A stretch of DNA of 64,000 nucleotides from an uncultured archaeon. Lineage in GTDB: Archaea > Aenigmatarchaeota > Aenigmatarchaeia > QMZP01 > JACQNV01. The stretch lies in assembly GCA_964410585.1 (NCBI GenBank), contig CAYPFW010000003.1, positions 1 through 64,000 on the forward strand, read 5' to 3'. This document shows positions 57,247 to 64,000 of this stretch, one piece after another. A model generated the notes under the pieces. It searched no databases. It saw only the letters and a program-made list of their open reading frames with translations, and was not told the DNA's origin. How positions within the stretch are numbered: position 1 is the stretch's first letter; each line of letters starts with the position of its first letter. The position numbers were made by a program, and so were the translations under genes.

Positions 57247-59556
57247 TTAAACTTCTGCTTCTGTTCCTGTCAATTCAGAGTGAACTGAAGGTCCATCTGC
57301 AAGTATGTCTGTTGCTCTTCTTGTGTCTTCTGCTTCCCATCCAGCAACGACCAAAGCTACTTTTCCGCCATTGAAAGCGTTTTCATATAGCTTTATCCAT
57401 CCTTTGCCTTCTGGAATACCAGAGTCAGCTCCACATGCAGGGAATGTTTTTCCCATAAGCTCAGCTGTAACTTTGTTGACACAAGGTCCACCAACAGAGA
57501 TAACGTTGTTTGCGGTTTTATCAGCTGCTGTCAGTTCTGTATCTAGCTTTGCAACAGGTGTTCTTGCTGATGCGTGTTCAGCCGCTTCCTTTCCTAAGAA
57601 GACTGGAACACCAGCTCTGCTTTTTGGAACTCTTATTTTTATTGTCGATGTTGAAAGTTCTTCAGCTGTAGCACCATATGAGTTTGCTGAACCAACTCTT
57701 GCGTATGATGTTGTTCCTGTTCTTGCTAACCACCATGTACCATATGACACTGTTCTTAGGTTTCCTGTTCCAACCATCCAAGCATATGCAAATGAGTCAG
57801 AGTCTGCCGTTCCCCCGTAACCCAATGCAGCTGCAGATCTACCAGCGGTCGATGCATTAAATCTTGATGTGTTTGCGTGTATAGAAATGTTGTTTACATT
57901 GTTGTCCTGTGATTGTGGTAGTGTGATATCAACCTTATATTCTGGAAGGGCTGTAACAGTACCAGTTGCAGTAGATGTATCTGAGTTATTTAATGCGTTT
58001 ATTGCCCATCCACTGTTATCTAAACCAACCAGTGTTGGGGATGTTGAACTGTTTCCAAGTTTTGAAGAGTCTGTTTCATTTTCAACAAAGTACATTGCAC
58101 GAGAACTTGCAACAGTACCAAATACAGTTACCCAAAACTTATCTGTATCTTTACTTCCACCACCTGCCATTGAATCTATTCCAGATACTGTGAAGATTTT
58201 TGCTGCTTTACCATCTTGATCTGTTGCTGTAATCTTGGTAGCATAGGTATCAACTACACCGTCACCAAAGGTATTGATTCCACCATCAATTTGCTCCTGT
58301 GTAAAAGTTAGGTCATAGTATCCTGTTGTTCCCATTGTTTCAAGCCCAGATGATGTTGCACTTAAACCAGCTGGTGAAGGACCGAATTTTAGGTGTGCTA
58401 AACCGCCTGGAAGTTTTATTGAGTCACCAAGTTTAAGTGAGGTTGTACCTGTGTAAGACTTTATGTTGTAAAGACCAACTCTTCTTATTGCTTGTGGATT
58501 TGCTTGTGTATCTATAAAAACATACCAGTCGCCTTCGTACTTAGCACCATTTTTAAGTTCTAGAATTTCGCTAGCTTCACCTACAATCAAGTCTGCACTA
58601 CCTGTTTTAGATCCGCCTGATCCATAGACTTCGCCAACAGTACCTGAAACAACAGCCACTTTAACACCGCCTACTGTTACAATGTCACCTTGGTCAACTG
58701 TTGCTGTATCTGTTCCGACTTGAACACTTACTCTGTTATTTGTTATATCAACATTTGTAACCTTTACTGCTTTTGCACCTACTGTAATTTCTGTTCCAGA
58801 AACTACACCAGAGTGTTTTGCCCCTGTTTTACCTAATTGAATTTTTGTTCCATCTGAATTCACATCTATTACAACATGCTTTTCCCCAAGCCATGCAACT
58901 TCTTTACCTTCCAAATTTGCTGCAGAAATATTTCTTTCTGAAAATTCTAAGTAGTATGCAAGACCTGTTGTCCTAGTAGATGTACCTGATACTTTTAATA
59001 GTGTAAGCTTTTCAAAGTTTGCTTTTGAATCTGAAGCTGATGTTTCTGGAGCGACATCTGTATCTGTTGTTAGCGTATCGTTAACAACTTCTCTCCATTT
59101 ATAGGTTGTTCCACTTTTTAGTATTTCACCTTTGTTTAAGAAGCTTACTCCATATCCTCCAGCTTCACCCTTTGGAACCAAGACAAAAAATTGGCTTTCA
59201 GTTGTGCCATTTGATCCAGCTCTTTGTTTTTCTATACTGTTTCTTAAGTCTGAACCAGGTGCTACGTGCTCTGTTTTACCTTCTCCAAAAGAAACTTTTG
59301 GTGCTGTACCTGTTCCAGCTGCTGCAACCCTTGCATCTGCAAGTGCTACCTCTAAAGCAGACAATTGTGCATTTGCACCTACCACGTCTGGAACCGCAGC
59401 GCCACTACCTAGCGCCAAGATAAAGTCTTTTTGTGTTCCGTCAACGAATGGTGCAGGATATGTGCCTAAATCAGCTGCTCCAAATACACCGATACCCATT
59501 GTGGCACCAGTCATTACTGCAGCAAGCGACCCTGCCAATATTTTTCTTATATTCAT
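57247..59556 (-). CDS. S-layer protein (Methanococcales/DPANN-type N- and C-terminal domains)
   Basis: MNIRKI leader; DLGTYPAPFV, VGGPCVNKV and LVVAGWEAEDT motifs; GGAGGT SD. Confidence 0.9.
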   Translation of the reverse strand: MNIRKILAGSLAAVMTGATMGIGVFGAADLGTYPAPFVDGTQKDFILALGSGAAVPDVVGANAQLSALEVALADARVAAAGTGTAPKVSFGEGKTEHVAPGSDLRNSIEKQRAGSNGTTESQFFVLVPKGEAGGYGVSFLNKGEILKSGTTYKWREVVNDTLTTDTDVAPETSASDSKANFEKLTLLKVSGTSTRTTGLAYYLEFSERNISAANLEGKEVAWLGEKHVVIDVNSDGTKIQLGKTGAKHSGVVSGTEITVGAKAVKVTNVDITNNRVSVQVGTDTATVDQGDIVTVGGVKVAVVSGTVGEVYGSGGSKTGSADLIVGEASEILELKNGAKYEGDWYVFIDTQANPQAIRRVGLYNIKSYTGTTSLKLGDSIKLPGGLAHLKFGPSPAGLSATSSGLETMGTTGYYDLTFTQEQIDGGINTFGDGVVDTYATKITATDQDGKAAKIFTVSGIDSMAGGGSKDTDKFWVTVFGTVASSRAMYFVENETDSSKLGNSSTSPTLVGLDNSGWAINALNNSDTSTATGTVTALPEYKVDITLPQSQDNNVNNISIHANTSRFNASTAGRSAAALGYGGTADSDSFAYAWMVGTGNLRTVSYGTWWLARTGTTSYARVGSANSYGATAEELSTSTIKIRVPKSRAGVPVFLGKEAAEHASARTPVAKLDTELTAADKTANNVISVGGPCVNKVTAELMGKTFPACGADSGIPEGKGWIKLYENAFNGGKVALVVAGWEAEDTRRATDILADGPSVHSELTGTEAEV

Positions 59557-59810
59557 ATTTTACCTCCAATTAAAGAAGATCCTTGTTTCGATATGATTTT
59601 GGGATCTCCACAAACATAAGTCTAGAGTCCTAGACCAGATTTCTGATATCTATTTGGTTTGGGGTATATATATCCTTTGCTTGGAACGATTTCACATGCT
59701 TTTTTTACCAAATTAAATTTTGGCTTTAGGATCCCGAATATAAATTTTAGCCAATTAACTGTTTCAAAAGGACAAAATTGTCATTTTAATTAAATCCAGA
59801 CTTCTTTTAC

Positions 59811-60488
59811 TCATCTTTTATTTAATCTGTATAATAAGCCTGTTTTTACTATATACAACAGAACTCCAAATACCATTTTAATCCCTCTAATGGTTTTGGA
59901 TTTAGATCTGTAGTTTATACTAACTTTAAACTGTCCGATTTTAAATCCTTTTTTAGCAGCCTGCGAAAGGATGCTATTCTCAATTATATAGCCACCATGT
60001 ATCTTAATTTGTTTTATTGAATCTGTTTTTGCAACAACAAAACCACAATTAGTGTCCTTAAGATTTGTTCCAAACAAGAAATTGAATGCTATCCTCCAAA
60101 CAATATTACCTATTTTATGTCTAAAGGGAACTTTTGACCAATCCCTATACCCCATTACAATATCAGAGTTTGATTTTGTTGCATAATTAAGAAGACCTTG
60201 TGCTTCTATTGGATTGTATTGTAAATCCGCGTCTAGAAAAATTACATAGTTAGTCTTCGGATAGTTTTCGTATATATATTTTAAACCTGTTTTTATCGCT
60301 TCTCCCTTGCCTTTATTTTCAGCATGTCTTAGGACGATAATACCAAAGGACTTTGATATCTCACATGTCCTGTCTGAAGATCCGTCATCAATCACTATAC
60401 TTTTCAATCCAACTTTATTCAACCCAATTATAACTTTTCCAATTGTTTTTTCTTCATTGTAAGCTGGGATCAAAACGATTGTTTCCAT
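59811..60488 (-). CDS. Glycosyltransferase family 2
   Basis: IPAYNEE, DDGSSD, DADLQ and DTNCGF motifs. Confidence 0.92.
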   Translation of the reverse strand: METIVLIPAYNEEKTIGKVIIGLNKVGLKSIVIDDGSSDRTCEISKSFGIIVLRHAENKGKGEAIKTGLKYIYENYPKTNYVIFLDADLQYNPIEAQGLLNYATKSNSDIVMGYRDWSKVPFRHKIGNIVWRIAFNFLFGTNLKDTNCGFVVAKTDSIKQIKIHGGYIIENSILSQAAKKGFKIGQFKVSINYRSKSKTIRGIKMVFGVLLYIVKTGLLYRLNKR

Positions 60489-60533
60489 AATAATATAAGA
60501 TTTAGTTTATTAACTACTTAACAAGATATTTTT

Positions 60534-61505
60534 ATGGACGTTTCTGTTATTGTTCCTGCATATAATGCTGAAAAAACTATACAGACTACACTTTCCTCTC
60601 TACTAGATCAGTCTTTCAAGGGAATGTATGAAATAATAATTGTGAATGATGGGTCAAAAGACAAAACAGTTGGTATAGTAAAAAATATTATCAAAAAAAA
60701 TCCGAATATTAGGATAATAAATCAGATCAACAGAGGTCCAGCAGCTGCGAGGAATGCAGGTTCAAAGGCAGCTAATGGCAAAATATTACTTTTTACTGAT
60801 TCTGACTGTATTCCAGAAAAAAATTGGATAGAAGAAATGATATCGCCTTTCAAAAACAGCGAAATTGTTGGTGTTCAGGGCAGGTATAAAATTTTTAATA
60901 AAGACAGTTTGATTGCAAGGTTTGTTCAATATGAGATAGAGGAAAGATATCAAAGGATGGAAAAGCAAAAAAATATAGATTTCATTGGCTCATATTCAGC
61001 TGCGTACAAAGGGGAAACGTTCCTCAAATTTGGTGGGTTTGATGAACAATTCAAAAAAGCGTCTGGAGAAGATCCAGAAATTTCTTACAGAATGGCTGAT
61101 GCTGGACTAAAAATGGTTTTTGCGCCACATGCTATTGTATTACACCATCATCAAGACACACTTAAAAAGTACCTTAAAATGAAATATGGAAGAGGCTATT
61201 GGGGACATTTGCTTTATAAAAAACACCCAAAAAAGAAAACAGGACAGTCATACAACTCAATTTCCTATTTTTTACATATCATGCTAACATGTGTACTTGG
61301 CCTTCTTTTTGTTGCTTTCCTACCAATTAATTTTTTAGTTTCAATAACAATGGTGGCTGTTCTCCTAATTTTGTCTCTACCTTCTACAATACATATTTCA
61401 AAATTTGAGAAAAAATTTATTTTTATAGCACCAATTTTAATAAATTTAAGAAATTTAGCAATAGGACTTGGTATATTAGCTGCTGTATTAAAAGGAAAAA
61501 ACTAA
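60534..61505 (+). CDS. Glycosyltransferase family 2
   Basis: VPAYNAE, NDGSKD, FTDSDC and GED motifs; C-terminal TMs. Confidence 0.92.
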   Translation: MDVSVIVPAYNAEKTIQTTLSSLLDQSFKGMYEIIIVNDGSKDKTVGIVKNIIKKNPNIRIINQINRGPAAARNAGSKAANGKILLFTDSDCIPEKNWIEEMISPFKNSEIVGVQGRYKIFNKDSLIARFVQYEIEERYQRMEKQKNIDFIGSYSAAYKGETFLKFGGFDEQFKKASGEDPEISYRMADAGLKMVFAPHAIVLHHHQDTLKKYLKMKYGRGYWGHLLYKKHPKKKTGQSYNSISYFLHIMLTCVLGLLFVAFLPINFLVSITMVAVLLILSLPSTIHISKFEKKFIFIAPILINLRNLAIGLGILAAVLKGKN

Positions 61506-63074
61506 TTATTCAGCAAGTATTGGGAGCTTGACTTTATGTGATTCCTGCTGTTTTTCAACTTCAGGCTGTTCCTGCCATTGCTTTTTTATTCCATATATCT
61601 GTGCCATTCTCTTAAAGAATATTGCTGCTGATTTTGCTGTTCTTATACCCTCTGATGGGCTTTTAATAGATTGAACAGCTTTGTGTAAAATATATTTTGG
61701 GTTTGAGTAGTATTGCTTTAAGGCTATATCAGCCCATTTTACCAAATCTTGGTTTGTTAAACCTGGCCTACTAATAAGTGTATTGTGCTTACCCTCATCA
61801 TCTACCCATTGATCATAATCAGTTGTTGTCAAATAACCGCTTTCTTTGGCCCATGAAAATGTTGAGGTTCCAGGATATGCCATTAGAGGGAAAAATTGTG
61901 CTGTATCTGGTAGAAGTTTCTTAGCAAAATCTATTGTATGTTGTATCCTTTTTTCATCATCGTTAGGAAGACCTAAAATGAAACAACCATTAATAATAAG
62001 ACCTGTCTTACGAACATCTTCCATAAACTTCTCTTGCATTCCAGCTGTTGTTCCCTTTTTTACAGAATTAAGTTCGTCTTGTTCTGGAGATTCAAAGCCA
62101 ACACACAGCAACCTACATCCTGCCTTTTTCATCCACGAAAGTGTTTCATAATCTGTATTTACACGAGCATTGCAAGACCACTTAATTTTTATGCCTCTAT
62201 TTACTATCTCTTGACACATTTCTATTGTCCTTTGCCTGTTTAATGGATATGTATCGTCTTCTAGTTGAATTTCGCTAATAAACTTAAGCTCATTTGCTAT
62301 GTATTCGAATTCATCTGCTACATTTTTAGGCGAACGGAAACGATAAGAAGATTTGAAAGGTATGTGACAGAAAGAGCACCTATAAGAACAACCTCTTCCT
62401 GTAAGGATTGTTACTTCGGGCCAAGTAAGAGAGGCATAGAAATATTTCTTCATTATTTTTTCGCCTAATTGTTTATAATAAACCTCTGAAACAAACGGAA
62501 GTTTGTCCAAGTCCTCAATTAGCGGTCTTGGAAGTGTATGAACTATTTTGTCGTTATCCCAGAAAACAAGACCCTTAACATCATGCAACGGCAAGCCAGC
62601 CTCTAAAGTTTTAGCTAATTCTAAGGCCGTTTCATCTACTTCCCACATTATTACGGAATCTACAACACCCTTCCCATGGTTTAATGTTTCATCAGGTACA
62701 TGAGATGGATGAATACCCATAAGAGAAATATGTACTCCTGGGAGGGCGGTCTTTATTTTAGCTGCTTGTCTGATATCATTCAAAATAGAAGGAGTTGATG
62801 TATCCATTACGATAAGACCTGTACCATCTGTGAAATATTGCTTACACTGTTCAACAGTATAATCATGCGTCCATTCAGATGCAACAGCATCGACTAGCCA
62901 TGTTTTAAAACCGTTTTTTTCTACCCATCCAGCTCCATATGCAAGGTAGTATGGATGATAAAAAGTTCCACCGTTTGTTACACATGGAGAACGTGATTGT
63001 CTGGAGTACAAATTCAAGAGTTTTCCATTCCTTTCAAAAGATGGGTTGAGCATTAATACTTTCATAATGAACAT
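61506..63074 (-). CDS. B12-binding radical SAM protein (HpnJ-like)
   Basis: GRGCSYRCSFC (CxxxCxxC), VGFES, FILGLP and YPGT motifs. Confidence 0.9.
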   Translation of the reverse strand: MFIMKVLMLNPSFERNGKLLNLYSRQSRSPCVTNGGTFYHPYYLAYGAGWVEKNGFKTWLVDAVASEWTHDYTVEQCKQYFTDGTGLIVMDTSTPSILNDIRQAAKIKTALPGVHISLMGIHPSHVPDETLNHGKGVVDSVIMWEVDETALELAKTLEAGLPLHDVKGLVFWDNDKIVHTLPRPLIEDLDKLPFVSEVYYKQLGEKIMKKYFYASLTWPEVTILTGRGCSYRCSFCHIPFKSSYRFRSPKNVADEFEYIANELKFISEIQLEDDTYPLNRQRTIEMCQEIVNRGIKIKWSCNARVNTDYETLSWMKKAGCRLLCVGFESPEQDELNSVKKGTTAGMQEKFMEDVRKTGLIINGCFILGLPNDDEKRIQHTIDFAKKLLPDTAQFFPLMAYPGTSTFSWAKESGYLTTTDYDQWVDDEGKHNTLISRPGLTNQDLVKWADIALKQYYSNPKYILHKAVQSIKSPSEGIRTAKSAAIFFKRMAQIYGIKKQWQEQPEVEKQQESHKVKLPILAE

Positions 63075-63171
63075 TAAGGTGTATACTTAAATATTTAGAC
63101 CTATATCCTGAGTTTACTATACTTTTTAATACTTATCGTTGACTATTTATAAATTTACCAATTTTATACGT

Positions 63172-63762
63172 TTATTGTAGTAATTTTTCTAATTCCTCCC
63201 TTAATTTTTCAGCACCAGTAAATTGTAAACCCCGAATACCACTGGTTCTTGCACTATCTAGATTTTCTAGACTATCATCAACCAAAAGAATATCTTTAGG
63301 CTTTATATCTAATTTTTTTATTATAAAAGGAAAACAGTCAGAATCTGTTTTTAGTTTGTGTGATATATGCGATCTAAAAATTATGCTTGAATATTCCGTT
63401 AAATCAACTAGTTGTTTTTCTCTATCTGTTTGCCACTGGTTTGTATCTGTAACAAATGCTATCATTGTTTTTTGTAAACCTGATAAAATTTTAAGAACTC
63501 CCTTATCAACGCCGTATATATGTGAATTGTGAGCATTAACAACTTGTGAATATGTTAAAGGATATTTCAGATATTGATCAATAAGGGTTTGATAAAAATT
63601 TTCACCAGTAATAAGACCTCTAGAGAATGCTCTATATGCACCATTTTCGAAAAAAAGACGCATATTTTCTTTTGGTACATCATACGCTTCTAAGACTTGG
63701 TTTGTTATAGAATGATCTACTTGTATTACAACATTACCAACGTCAAATAAAATTATTTTCAT
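63172..63762 (-). CDS. HAD superfamily hydrolase
   Basis: LFDVGNV, K and VDDS.EN motifs; ATG 63762. Confidence 0.88.
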   Translation of the reverse strand: MKIILFDVGNVVIQVDHSITNQVLEAYDVPKENMRLFFENGAYRAFSRGLITGENFYQTLIDQYLKYPLTYSQVVNAHNSHIYGVDKGVLKILSGLQKTMIAFVTDTNQWQTDREKQLVDLTEYSSIIFRSHISHKLKTDSDCFPFIIKKLDIKPKDILLVDDSLENLDSARTSGIRGLQFTGAEKLREELEKLLQ

Positions 63763-64000
63763 CCTATACGTTGTCCTACTGAATCCCCCCATACCTCACC
63801 AAAAGAATTTATACCAGTCAAAACAATTGCACCCCTGGCAACGTCGAGTATTTTACCTTCTTGAAGATATTTTCTTAGAGAAGCCTCTTCTGAATCTATT
63901 GGAAATATGTCTTCATACTTTCTACCAACTGAAGTGTCTCTTAGCAATTTTGCCTTTCCTTTCTCAATCTTTTCAGACTCCACACCAGCTAATGTGTGAA
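63759..64000 (-). CDS. C-terminal part of an unidentified protein (runs off the window)
   Basis: Frame is open to the window edge; its TGA overlaps the HAD start codon (ATGA). Confidence 0.55.
   Translation of the reverse strand, partial: HTLAGVESEKIEKGKAKLLRDTSVGRKYEDIFPIDSEEASLRKYLQEGKILDVARGAIVLTGINSFGEVWGDSVGQRIG

Noticed and set aside
51192-59596. Long antisense ORFs (e.g. 51192-51872, 57305-57820, 59132-59596) and similar shadow ORFs elsewhere
   Set aside because: They are mirror frames of strongly codon-biased real genes and have no independent motifs.

Overview
This is an AT-rich archaeal chromosome segment, most likely DPANN (Aenigmarchaeota-like, inferred from gene content and the S-layer type). 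Core genes include pheS (5' part), glyS, rps17e, endA, top6A/top6B, a KH-domain protein, aIF-1A, pelota, thermosome, EndoQ and a CBS-HPF hibernation factor. The window also holds the HMG-CoA synthase/thiolase/DUF35 cluster, an aconitase-isocitrate dehydrogenase fusion, a large surface-glycosylation/S-layer region, a RelE-type toxin-antitoxin pair and several orphan membrane or secreted proteins. There are three tRNA genes: Asn(GTT), Phe(GAA) with three introns, and Ile(TAT) with two non-canonical introns. The most striking unexplained signal is a family of short palindromic intergenic modules (A, B and C, about 10 loci). They occur as matched empty and filled sites, nest inside one another, show a compensatory base change and conserved bulges, and usually start at a stop codon. 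No transposase is visible in the window. A second notable signal is the splicing endonuclease near the multi-intron tRNA-Phe, whose catalytic Lys is replaced by Ala and which has a Lys-rich loop insertion. No CRISPR array or rRNA was seen. All alignments and folds were done by eye.
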